64,000 nucleotides of DNA, taken from the human T2T-CHM13v2.0 reference genome, Homo sapiens. The notes under the pieces are model-generated. The model had not been told where the DNA came from, searched no databases, and worked only from the letters and a program-made list of their open reading frames with translations. Numbering within the stretch: the first letter of the stretch is position 1; the number at the start of each line of letters is the position of its first letter. Where the stretch lies: NCBI RefSeq assembly GCF_009914755.1, contig NC_060927.1; one strand, given 5' to 3'. The position numbers and the translations under genes were made by a program. This document shows, one piece after another, positions 1-13,777 of this stretch.

Positions 1-84
1 TACAGTGAGCCGAGATGGCGCCATTGCACGCCAGCCTAGGCGACAAGAGCGAAACTCCATCTCAAAAAATAAAAATAAAAAAAA
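1..84 (+). mobile_element. Alu 3' end with A-tail (runs off window)
   Basis: cagtgagccgagatggcgccattgcac...gacaagagcgaaactccatctc followed by an A-rich tail. Confidence 0.95.
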
Positions 85-1392
85 GGTTAGTGATAAATTG
101 TATTAATGAGGAGTTCCTTAATTGAATCAATTCAAAACATAAATATTATAATTGAAATAAATTATGTCTGTTATATGGATTCAGAGAAGGGTTACCACTG
201 GATTCTCTTACTAATCTGGATGCCAACTGGTTGATAAGTGAGTTAATAAAAAGTTTTTCCATTTTCTTTCTCTAATAATTCATTTTGAAAAAAGGATTCA
301 CAAATACATAATTCAAGTCATTTCTGCCACACATCTTTATTATGTTTATTAAAAATTGATATTTGTAAATATATGCATATAAAACATATATAGTCTAGTT
401 TGTGCTATTACATTTAGATAATCAAGATAACCTCTTAAGCCATATGTGTTCATTTATTTAACTTTTCTGTTAATGTGTTTTCTCAGTCATAATTATGTAT
501 GTGTACACATTTACATTTATAGCTCAAAAAGTGGCATAGATTAAATTGACATAAATAGTCATTGCCTTCAGCTCATGGAAATATAACAAGAATTCTATCT
601 GGGCTGACAGTCTGTTCCATAGCCAAATTGGGTATCATGTCAAATGTTTATCTTCTCATTTTAAATTGAGAGCTAGTGTTCTCTTTTTTCTAAAACAGAA
701 TACATGCTAAAATCCACCTCAGCCTCCTCACATCAAGGATCATTTTCTCTTTGCATGACAACCTTATAATGTGGGGAGATGTCCCAAAGGAGATGAAAGA
801 TTGAAAGACGGGAAATGATGCTCCAAGAAAATTTGATTTAGAATATATATAGTGAAAATAGAAGAGTGTAGAAAGTAGTTTGGAACTGAGAAATAGAGAA
901 GAGTTTTAATTATTCTAGAAAATAAAAGGGAAATGTATTTATAGAAGATGCAGGATTTAAGCAAATTAAATATGCACAGATAAAATTCACTTTCAGATTT
1001 TATTAGGGAATCAGAGGATGAGGTGCTAGAACAACAATAACAAATACATAGATATCTATTATACTCATTTTACTGAAATAAGTAGAAAATAGGTGTGACC
1101 TACTGAAAAGAGCTAGTATGTGAAAATCATTCATGTGGATTATCATCCTAGTTTTATGATTCCTAGATATACATTTGAACAGTTTATTTTGGCAGTGCTG
1201 GTAGTGGTACTCATTGAACACTCGATACTTTCTAGGACAAAAGTACATGTTTTCTATAAACTCAAAAGTTCTTTCAGCTCTCAAATTTTAAAAAAGGTAA
1301 ATGGAAACATGCAACATAAAGGGACAAGAAAAGTGACTATGGTTTTTGTAAGTATTTATTGAAGACTATTGAGAGAATGAAAATCTACAAAT

Positions 1393-2147
1393 AATGCTCA
1401 TCATCATTGGCCATTAGAGAAATGCAAATCAAAACCATAATGAGATACCATCTCACACCAGTTAGAATGGCGATCATTAGGAAACAACAGGTGCTGGAGA
1501 GGATGTGGAGAAATAGGAACACTTTTACACTGTTGGTGGGACTGTAAACTGGTTCAACCATTGTGGAAGACAGTGTGGTGATTCCTCAGGGATCTAGAAC
1601 TAGAAATACCATTCGACCCAGCCATCCCATTACTGGGTATATACCCAAAGGATTATAAATCATGCTGCTATAAAGACACATGCACACGTATGTTTATTGC
1701 GGCACTATTCACAATAGCAAAGACCCGGAACCAACCCAAATGTCCAACAATGATAGACTGGATTAAGAAAATGTGGCACATATACACCATGGTATACTAT
1801 GTAGCCATAGAAAATGATGAGTTCATGTCCTTTGTAGGGATATGGATGAAACTGGAAACCATCATTCTCAGCAAAGTATCGCAAGGTCAAAAAACCAAAC
1901 ACTACATGTTCTCACTCATAGGTGGGAATTGAACAATGAGAACACTTGGACACAGGAAGGGGAACATCACACACTGGGGCCTGTTGTGGGGTGGAGGGAG
2001 AGGGGAGGGATGGCATTAGGAGATATACCTAATGTAAATGACGAGTTAATGGGTGCAGCACACCAACATGGCACGTGTATACATATGTGACAAACCTGCA
2101 CGTTGTGCACATGTACCCTAGAACTTAAAGTATAATAATAAAAAAAA
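1393..2147 (+). mobile_element. 5'-truncated L1PA (L1PA4/5-like): ORF2 C-terminus + 3'UTR + A-tail
   Basis: ORF 1690-1932 is the L1 ORF2p C-terminus ([11 protein letters not shown]...SLIGGN); 3'UTR ends accctagaacttaaagtataataa. Confidence 0.95.
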
Positions 2148-3259
2148 TATATATAAAGATTAGTAGAATTTAATGATGAGATGCCAACAGGCTGTTATCT
2201 AAATAAATAGGTCAAGTACATAAATGAAATCGCATCTCTGGTGAATTTAAATGGACTAACACTCTCATTCTAAATAAAATTTCTGTATCATTTTTAAACT
2301 CTGAGTTCTAAATTATCTAGATTGGAAATTCACTTCCCATATTGAATAATCAATTGCTGAGTTTTTGCTTTTCACCAGTGTGCTTATTAAACTAAATACT
2401 CATGCAAAGACTTGAGTAAGTAAATATAATGCATATCCTGGGGATTTGAATTTTAAAAGAGCCACATTTTTATACTGAATCAGGTATCAATAAATTGTGG
2501 AGTAGTACTCAAAACCTCAATGCATTTTTAAGATAAAACTTGTAATATAAAAAACACCTATTGTCTTATGTTCTCAAGCTCCCTGCAGTTTCAGTTTGAG
2601 AGACAGGATGTTGATTTAAGTGTTTGGAATGTGTCTGTTTAGGAAGGAAGAGTTTTTCGTGGCATAGCAGAATTCTTTTTACTGTTCCCTATTTAATAGT
2701 CAACAAATATTTATAGAGTACTCAAAACATCGAGTTATTCTTGCCTTTCTGGGCTAGTAGGAAAACACAATTTAAAGCTTTCTTACAATCAGTCAGAAGC
2801 ATGTGGCTACTTCTGATCAATCAAATATAAAAGTGAAAAATGCCACTTTATGCTGAAGCTATGAAAATATCCTTCACAATTATCCAGGAGTCTATTCTTT
2901 ACTTCAGGAATGGAGGAGCTCAAGAGTTTCTGTTGCTGTGGCTAAACGTCATCATGCAGAGCAGGGTACCACATTGATATGTATAGGACTGATGGAATAA
3001 ATGAAAAATAAACTTTTGTTGTCTTGAACCACTACGATTTGGGGGGTTCAGATAAGGCACTATAACCTAACAGATGCAAATGCTATTATGTATGTGGCAT
3101 AGTTCCAGGTCTTTGGAACTCATTGGATGACAAAAGGAAATAAAGAGCCCTACCCTACTGAAATTTACTGTATACAGAATCACAACATTTGTGGTAAATA
3201 TATTGGAAATAAGTAGTTAGCGAAGGGGAATGAAGAGGAGCATAAGTAAATAATACTTA

Positions 3260-3701
3260 TGTTAGATAGAATAATGCCCTTACAAATATATGATGTGATA
3301 ATCACTGAAAACTATAAATATTTTTCTTTACATATCTAAAGGGACATTACAGATGTGATTAAATTAGGGACTTTAGATGGAGAGTTTATCGTGGATTATC
3401 CAGGTGGGCTAAATGTAATAATGCTGGTCCTTATAAGAGGGATGCTGAGGAGTCAGACTCAGCTAGATGTGATAAAGGAAGCAGAGGTTGGAGTAATGCA
3501 AGCACAGAAGCCAAAGAAATTGGTGGACTCTGGAAGCCAGAAAAGGTAAGAAAATATATTCATTCCCAAAGCATCGAGAAGAATGCAGCCTTGCCAACCT
3601 ATTTTAGGCTTCTGATTTCCAGAAATTTAAGATAATACATTTGTGTTGTCTTAAGCCACTACATATGTGGTAATTTGTAATAGCAATAGAAAAGTAATGC
3701 A
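3260..3701 (+). mobile_element. MLT1 (MLT1C/D-like) MaLR solo LTR
   Basis: gggacattacagatgtgattaaattaggg, ggattatccaggtgggc, tgtcttaagccact...gtggtaatttgt; TG..CA ends. Confidence 0.8.
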
Positions 3702-5442
3702 ATGGTATATCTAAAAATAAATGTTACAAAACCAGGTAAACTCACCTTCTTGACAAACTTTGCAGTTTTCAAGAATGGATAATATCATTGACTGACCTTG
3801 CAGTTGATGTGATAAAAGCCTTGGACGTGTTGTAAGAAATACCAGTAGTTCTTTCTACTATTCAGCTACTTTACCCTTAACATATGCAGGAATGTTTCTT
3901 ACAGCAAGGCCATCAAGCTCAGTCTACTTTGTCCTGTTGGTATTTGCTACCTCTCATTTATACCTCAACATTTTTCTCTTTCCTCCAACACCAAACTGAA
4001 TTTGTACAAGATGGTTTTTCTGCAACTGTTTAATTCCATTGCAACTTTTAGACAGAAAAGGACCAATTTATGGGTTTTTCATTTTGAGAATAAGCAAATA
4101 AATAACAAAAGAGGTTACAAATTGTTCAAATTTCTTATAGCCTGAGTTACAGGTCTCTTTTTAAGGGATCTCATTGGCATGGTAGCTAAAAGATAAATTA
4201 AGCTTTTGTTCTTATAAATGAACCCTTTCATTGATTTCTTAAGAAATTAAATTAGATTTTGTCTAAAATTAGGTTTTGATATGTACCTGAATTATAAAAA
4301 AGATCCTTAATAGGCCTGACATTTATGTTTTTTTATTCCTGCATATATTTTTGATAATGCTATTTGTGTTTGGATGTACATATGTACCAGGATTGACAGC
4401 AATCACAATTTGCCATGGAACTATTTACAGCTTGTTTTTGAAGATGCCGCGGGGTTTTTGGTTTAGTTTTTAAATTTATTTATTTTACAAGGTATGAAAT
4501 GTTTAGGCCCCAAAGACTGACTATATGAACAATAAAAACGTAGAATCTTGTAACTTGTAACATCCTGAGAAACATTCAGCTCTAAATATGTAAAGAAGAT
4601 TCAACAACCACAGCAATCTTACAGCCTTACCAGATGTCCTTTCAAAGGACTATTTGGAGGCTTTCTTTTATGCTTTCCCCTTTTTATTTTCTACTGCCTG
4701 AAATATCAGGGAAAGGGCAAGTGATTACTTCACATAGTTTTTCTTCTACATATGAAATATGCATGAGATCTGTTCTTACTGAAAGTTTACATTTGCTCAG
4801 CTGGTTTAACATCTTTTTGGGGTCTTAGCCTTAGTGGCTTCATTAGATCTCCTGGAAAGAGATTTACTTAGGAAATAGAAACTCAATTTAAATAATACAT
4901 ATGTCTTATAAAAGCCCTTTATAGAAAAAGTGCTCTTCTTTCTTAACTAACATTCAAATAAAAGTAAATTTTAACACTTTGACTGAAAATTGCCCTCTTC
5001 TCACAGAAAAGTCCTTTTATTGTAAACAAATATTAGAATTGTTTTCTCTTAATTCTATACAGTTAAATTACTTGAATCTTTCTCTTTTATACATTTATAG
5101 AAATCTTAGAAATTACCTTTTTATTCCACTTTTTGTTTAAAACATTAACAAAAATTTATGTTTAAATGTTATGAGTTTTATATTTATGTGTAGTATAATG
5201 GAATAAGGTAAAAATATCAATATTCTAACATGTTTAAATGTAATATCGTTAGTAAAGGACACATCATCTATGTCATATGCAAGATGCTACCTATTTCATA
5301 GTAATGTTGAAAATGGATAGACTTATAAAAATCTTACTTTTTATATAAAGTATGTTATTTTAATTTTAATTACAAATATTTTCATAGTAAACTCTCTTGC
5401 CTTGCAAACTAAAATTGTATACGTGTATTTAACCATTTGAAA

Positions 5443-5648
5443 GAGGAGTTAGTGAACTTTTTCTCTAAAGAACCAAACAGTAAATAATGTAGGCATGCAG
5501 GTCATAAGGTCTCTGTTGCAACTACTCTGGTCTCTTACAGCACAAAATTAGCCATAGAAAATAAGTAAATGATTGTGTGTGGCTGTGCTTCATTAAAAAT
5601 GTATACACAAGAAAGAATATGGTTCTTGGACATAGTTTGCTAACTTCT
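5443..5648 (+). mobile_element. MER58A hAT DNA transposon
   Basis: ttagtgaactttttctctaaag...ggtctctgttgcaactactc...catagtttgctaacttct resembles the MER58A consensus with degenerate terminal inverted repeats. Confidence 0.75.
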
Positions 5649-6074
5649 AATTTAAAATCATGTCAAATATATACTTAGTATCTTCTAAAAATATTAATAA
5701 ATTTCAAATAACCATATTTATGTTTAAGAGTAGATTGACAAAATGTAGTACGATGCCTCATAAAATATACAGGCTTCTGAGAATTTAAACAGCATGCTTC
5801 CACATAGCCTAATATTCAAAAATAAAATCTTAGATCGTGTATGTCAATATGATTTAACCATTTGTTCTAAAAAATTTTTCTCCAGGAATATTATGCTATA
5901 GGCCAATAAATTCACTCTTTGCATCAGAAAATTGCTCTATACCTATATATAGAGGTAAATATTCTCATGTAAGAACAATAGATTACTAACATAAACAGCT
6001 AACTAAACAAGTTTACTTATTAATATTCTATTTAAGAGCTTCACTCTGCTGTATTCCCCAATCTTAAATTATTA

Positions 6075-6300
6075 TGTCACAAAATTTACCCAGTCCCAAT
6101 CAGGGTACTGCCTAGAAAAACCTGCATTAGGCCACCTGAGTCCAGAATCTAAAACTTTCTAAATATCATTCCCTGATTTTTTTTCATACTGAGATGCTTT
6201 AAGACTGTTTCTAATGCTCTCTCTTACTATGATAGGTCTAATAAATTTAGCTCTACTTTACCAACATGTTTTTTGGTGGCGTTTTGGGAATTAATAGTCA
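6075..6300 (+). mobile_element. ERV1 LTR 3' fragment (MER34/MER39-like)
   Basis: cttactatgataggtctaataaatttagct...caacatgttttttggtggcgttttggg resembles MER34/39-type U5 ends. Confidence 0.45.
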
Positions 6301-6456
6301 ATACTTCCTGCATATGAAAAAAAACTCTTTCATTTAAACTCCACACTAAATTACTAAACTTGAGTTTATCTTTCTACTAAGAACCTCTAAAGTTTAAAAG
6401 ATAATAAATAGGAGCTTTCCAGTACCTTTTTTCTTTCTTCTTAGTAAAAGAAAATT

Positions 6457-7410
<954 letters not shown>

Positions 7411-8871
7411 AAATAGACTGTAATTGCCGGGCAGGTGTGTGAACATGAATTTAATGTGACATTAGTTATCATATTAACCCAAACTCTAGTGAGGCACTTG
7501 GCACATAGGAAGTCATCATTAAAAATCTGATTAATAAATGAAAAAAAAGTTTGACTAGATATCAAATTGGTATCACAGAGATGATCTTTACATGTTATAT
7601 TTCCTACTTACTCTTGTCATTCTAAGGCTCATTTTTGCTGCTAATCATGGAAAGAAAAATAACTATTCTATTATAGTTGTCCAGGAAGCAGAATCAGAGA
7701 TCTCAGTAAAAGGCTGTTAATTGGGAAGTGTTTCTGAGGAAGCAGAATTGAGCCTGGGGCAATTGAATGAGGATGATTTCCAATGGAAGGTTCAATTGAT
7801 TCTAAAAGGAGCTGAAATGTACCTTCAAAGTTGTGGCAACTGGGACAAGGTCAGTGGAACTTAATACCCCTTTATTAATCAGTCATTGGATATAGAATGC
7901 CCAGGAATGTGTGTAATCTTGTTCAAGGCTACACTCTTTGGCCTAGGATAATTTATGAAGAAAGACTTAGATATCAGATAAAGATACATGTTAGGAAACT
8001 TATCTTAGATAAATTTCACTTATTAGAGTCTCCACTGTCTTTTATTCACAACACTTTGTAATATAATTTCCTCTTATTCTACAATGGTGACACTTAATAC
8101 AAAACTTTAAATATATATTCAATCTAGGGTCTAAAGTATAAGAAAAAATAACAGTAGCTATCAAGTTAGATAAGAATGATAAGACGCTTACTCTATCTGT
8201 CCAACAGTTGAAAGCAAATAGTCCAAATTTCTGATTCTAGTTTTTCTAATTTTATTTCTTAAAATTATTATTAATAATAATATCTAGTTGTGGTCTGCTA
8301 ACTTGATTTCACAACCCCCTAATGGATTTCATTTGCCATTGGAAAAATAATGACTACAAATGACAGAAAGAGCACACTGACTCTATTCATTTACTAAGAA
8401 TTTGAGAATTTTTCTGCGCACAGATTTTGTCCATAAGTAAAGTGATCATATAAAATATCCTCCAATTTCAGATCTTTTTACTGTAAACAAGCACAAACCA
8501 GGACTGTTCCACAATCTGTAATGAAATTCTTCCTTCACTAAGCAAAGTCAAGAGTCAAAGCAGAGGAAGTCACAAGTAGGGTCACAGCAGTTGTTTATCC
8601 TTCTCCCTTGCTTTTATGTTTTCTTTCTTGTGTTCAAAGTAATAAGATGATAGAGAGTTTAAGGATACTTGACATTTAGTAGATGCCACTAACCTATGCC
8701 TTCTACTAGCTCAGATAAAAAGAGGGAAAAACATTGATTTTAACATAAATAGTTCAAATCAAGCCTGAAACAAAAAGTGTCAACCAAATCTAAACTGGAG
8801 AAAGCCACACTTTTCACTAAAATAATGTGCAAAGAAGCACTATGTCACTGGGTTATGGTGCTTTAGACAAA

Positions 8872-9020
8872 GATATATACATATATATATATGACATATA
8901 TATACGCACGTATATGTCACATATATACACACATACACATATATACATACACATGTGCACACATACATAGTTTCAGTGGACTATCATATATACATATGTA
9001 TATATATATACGTGATATAT
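8872..9020. repeat. (TA)n/(CA)n low-complexity tract
   Basis: Alternating TA/CA dinucleotides. Confidence 0.85.
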
Positions 9021-9269
9021 GATTCCAGCTTTTCTAATTCTGTTTTTTAATTACATATATGTATGATGTCCCATTGAAACTGAAGAATTTGCAAGTCACA
9101 TAGAAACTGTCTTCATGAATAATTATGTAACAAAAAAGTGACCAAGCAATTTAATTTTATCTTATTTCTCAAGCTTCTGGTTTGACTGTTATTCATTTTC
9201 CTAATTCCTTATATAAATCTTCCATACTTATTTATTATTTTGTTAATATAAAGTAGGTTTAAACTTTTT

Positions 9270-9506
9270 ATATATATTTATTTTTATTATACTTTAAGTT
9301 GTAGGGTACATGTTCACAACGTGCAGGTTTGTTAAATACGTATACATGTGCCATGTTGGTTTGCTGCACCCATTAACTCGTCATTTACATTAGGTATATC
9401 TCCTAATGCTATCCCTCCCCCCTCCCCCCACCCCATGACGCATCCCGGTATGTGATGTTCCCCTTCCTGTGTCCAAGTGTTCTCATTGTTCAATTCCCAC
9501 CTATGA
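9270..9506 (-). mobile_element. Short L1PA 3'UTR fragment
   Basis: ttattatactttaagtt.tagggtacatg...caattcccacctatga is the reverse complement of the L1PA 3' end. Confidence 0.93.
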
Positions 9507-12174
9507 ATTTTAAGCCACTTTATTTGGTTATTAAACATTTCACAGGCATTAGTTTGAACACAGTAGGGTACATCATCATCCTCTCTCCCACAAGACCATT
9601 TAACTTTGTGTTTCTACCTAAATGTTTTCAAAAAGTACTAAAATCTTTAATATCGGACTTTTCTAATTTGAATGTAATTTAAATGGAACTTAAAGCGAAA
9701 AAAAAATCTATTTGGTGGAAAATAATCAAAACCAAAACCAAACATATATGTTAGGAAACGGTATAACTACTCATCAAATAGGCAATTTAGACCTTTAAAT
9801 TCAGCACTTTTAGTCAAAATAAGGAAGAGAGCTGTAGAATGAGTTTCAGAAGAATGTTCTGGAAGAATTAGAGTTTTAAAAACTAAAGCACCTCATATAT
9901 AACATGAAGTAGTAAATAAAATGAGCATTCAGTCACGCCACTGCTTTTCTTTACTGTGAAAGCAAAGATTTTCAGGTGTCTTTCATATTTGATGACACCA
10001 GATAGAGCTATGAATTTATTACACATACCTCATGGTTACAACTATTTAAACGTTTTCTTTAAACAACAGTAAAGAAAACTGGTGAATTATATCACTTCTA
10101 TAATGGGGTAAAGTTTTACCATATATGTATGTATTTACACTACACATTAGCATATAAACACTTCCAAAAATATTCCCACTTACAGCTTTTTTGCATAAGA
10201 AATAAAGACGATTTAGTAATTCATTGTGCGTACCTTAAACATTTTAAAACTTAGTATGCTCAAGTTCACAATTAAACATTTCTGATTCATTTCTATTCTC
10301 ATGGTGTAAATTATCATCCTGAGAGATGTAATGTCTGTCACTTTACTCTGCACAGTGGCTACTCTTTTAATAATCAAAAAGTATTGAATAATGTGATTTT
10401 TTTGTAGAACAAGATAATCTATTGGAGGAAAATAATAAATATCTGAGGGGTAAGGATTACAGAAAATTACGTACCTTATTTTGCAGTACCTATTATAAAA
10501 TAGAGTAGAATTGAATAAGTTTTTCTCTCATACTTTTTCAGATACAATGGATCCTAGAAATAGGGACTTGTCTTCATTTTGTATAAAATGGTGCAATAAC
10601 TTTGCATTACGAATCTCTACCATAAATAATTTTTAAAAATCAGTGTGCCTTTCAGAATTTATTCCTAATTTCCTCTTAAATAAATGTTAGTGCTTAAGGA
10701 AATTTAAAAGCAAATTATTAAATATTAAAACACCCAAATTAAGGCAGTTCCCCTAAATTTTGGAGAGGAAACTGTAAGTAAATCAATACATAAAACTAAT
10801 ATTAAAGCTTTAACAATCAGTGTAATGACTTTAGAGAATTTAGGAGTCTTTCCATTTTTATACAAAGCTCCTTTTATTAAAATAAAAATATAAAGCAAAA
10901 TTTTTACTGCTGCTTTTGTAATAGAATGATTGCTTTAAAATGCCGGCCAAACATTAATTTGGAGAGGAAAAAAAAGTAATACTGAGTCACAGGTAATTTA
11001 GCTTATAAAGTCTTTCTTTCTACTATAGTTCAATAATGATACATTTTCACTTTAAAAACGTGCCATAAAACTTTATAACAGGAAAAATTTAGTAACTCCT
11101 CTTTCTAATAAAACAGATTTTTAAAATATCCTGAGCCTAATAAAAAGCTATACTCTAATAATTCTTTAGGAAAAAAAGTGTTTATATCAACATTTATTCA
11201 GCTTAAATACAAAAAGCCTAGGTATCCATCAGTACCCATATACTTAAACTAGTATTTTATTACATATTATGAAAGTATATTTTTATACATATGAAAACAA
11301 TAATTAAAATATTATGGTTTAAAACATACACTGAGACCTATTTCAAAACTTATGAAATTGGCATCATAGGTGAACAAGGGTACCGGAACATTTATATTTT
11401 TACTTTTGTATTCATATACCTACCTTTAAAATGTGATGTCTTCTTGTCCTAATTTTTAGCCAGTTACATTAAATCAAACAGAGAAGATATTAAGATGAAA
11501 ATTATAAGATTTTTCTTAACCATTAAAAAGCAATAGTTTTGTCTCTTGAGGCTTTTAAAAATTACCCCCAGAAAAATGATCATCTTAGCAATGGCAATTA
11601 TTTTCTAAGATAACACAGAAATTTCAGATATGTCCCTGTGAGATTTATAATTTGAATTAGTTTGTATATTGCTAATATCATTTATAAATCTTTATTATTT
11701 GCAAAAAAATTTTCAGAATAGTTCATTGCTAGCTTAACCTGTGATAAAAATCAGATGACTAAGAAGTATTGAAGATTCACTGTCTTTATCTTAATTCTGA
11801 ATGATGTAAATATCATTCCCATAGATAGAAATATTTTTTATTCACATCCTTTTTATATTTTTAGTAAGTATAGGCCATTTATTTTTAATAAATAACAGCC
11901 TGTGGGACTGAAGTTTCCATGGAAGTTGAAGAAATTTGTAGGCCAGAACAATTGCAGTTGACAAATTCTCCCACCGGGAACAATTAGAAAAGTTGTATCT
12001 AAATCCCAAATCACTCATTTAAAGGTATTAAAGTCCTACTGGAAGAAGGAGAACAAATGAGTCTAAAATTTTTTTAAAGCAGAGATAGAAGCTGACAATT
12101 TTAAGCTATTTTCTCACTGGGACATTTGCAGATACTTATAATAGGCTAGAATCAGAATAGTGGCTATACTTAGG

Positions 12175-13280
12175 CCTAAGCCCAAAAAACTATAAATGGA
12201 TTATGGATCTAAATGTAAAGTTAAATAATCTTCTAGAAAAAAACTAGCTAAATAGCTTCATAATCTTGGATTAGGCAACACTTTCTCAACAAATTCCCAA
12301 ACAATAATAAGACAAAAGGAAAAATAAATAAATAATAATAATGTATAATAACTTGAAATTTATATTTCATAAAATATAAACATATTTCGATTTCACAAGA
12401 TGAAATTTAGAAAAGCAAACAACGGGGTGAGTAGAGTTTTTTTGTATTACAAAAAAAATCCATTGTATAAATAAGAGAAAAGAAGACATCTACTATAACA
12501 TTGCAAAACACATGTGAAATATGCTAAACTTTATATAAACCAACCAGAATGTCTGAAGCAAAAAAAACAAAGCAAAACAATACAAATGAACGAACAATAC
12601 ATCTTGGCAAGGATAGGAAGCAGCCAGAATCCTGATGCACTCCTGATGAGAGTGTAAATTGTTAAAATCCCTCTTGAAAATTGTTTGGTAGCATTTACTA
12701 AAACTGAATACACACATTCCCTCTTATCTAGCAATTGAATTTTTATGCCTATACCTACGCAAAATCCATACAAATATGTACCAAAAATTATAAATAATTA
12801 TTTCCATAATAGCACTTGCAAAACATTGGAAAGAACTCAACTGTTCATGAGCAACAGGATATATTGTGGTATATTCACAAAATACAACACAAGAAACAAT
12901 ACAAATTAAACTACCACCAACACATCACAGAGATAATGTTGAGAAAAACAACAGCAACAACAGCAAAACCAACAAAAACAACAAATCAATAAGGCAGCAG
13001 CCATGCAAATTACATCAATATGCTTCTATTTATTTCTACTTATTTACATGTAGAAGTAGATGTATTTAATTGATATGTTAGAAGTAAGGATCATGGTTAT
13101 CCTTAGAGGAGATACGATGGAAAGGGTTACAAGGGATTTTCTGGGAGTGCTAGTAATGTCCTATTTCTTGATCTGGACAACAGTTACAATGTGTGTGCAT
13201 ACTTTATGAAACTTCATTAAGCTGTGTACGTGTGATTTTGGCATCTTTTGGTGTGTATGTTATACTTCAAAAGGATTTAC
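12175..13280 (+). mobile_element. Old L1M (L1ME-like) ORF2 end/3'UTR
   Basis: aaatggattatggatctaaatgtaa, ttggtagcatttactaaa, gtaatgtcctatttcttgatctgg...tgtatgttatacttcaa. Confidence 0.75.
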
Positions 13281-13616
13281 AAGAAATAACTACTTTTAGC
13301 ATGTGTTTATTTCTTGCAAATAAACACACAGACACAGAAACACACACACACTACATCTAACAATATATAGCCTGTAGATAGCATTCTTAATAATTTTAAA
13401 TAGTCGCAGATGATGTACTGAGGAAATGCTGAACACCCCCTCCCAGAAAGAATGCTCATGCTTCTTTTATCACTTCAGCAAGTGAAAAATTTTATTTGGT
13501 ATGATAACAGGCGATGCAGATATAAAAGTGAAAGGAAAGTGAAAATGTTGACACTCAAAGTTTCTACTGTGTTACATGGACAAAAGTTCATTTGGAATAC
13601 AGATATTTATCTAACT

Positions 13617-13777
13617 TGGTGGTTATCTAAGTGTGTCCCCAGGCCAGCAGCTTCAGCATAAGTGTACTACTCCCAGACCTACTGAAACCTGAAAACTAAG
13701 CTCTGGGTGTGGATCCCAAGCATCTGTGTTTTAACAAGTAATTTTGAGGCATGCTTACTGACTTTTAAGATCCACTG
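13617..13777 (+). mobile_element. MER5A-type DNA transposon
   Basis: ccaggccagcagcttcagcat...cccagacctactgaa...ctgtgttttaacaag...agatccactg. Confidence 0.75.

Noticed and set aside
1380-2160. TSD for the first L1 fragment
   Set aside because: The best flank match is too poor and too AT-rich to call.
7660-7960. Possible LTR16-like ERVL fragment
   Set aside because: Similarity is too degenerate to assign by eye.
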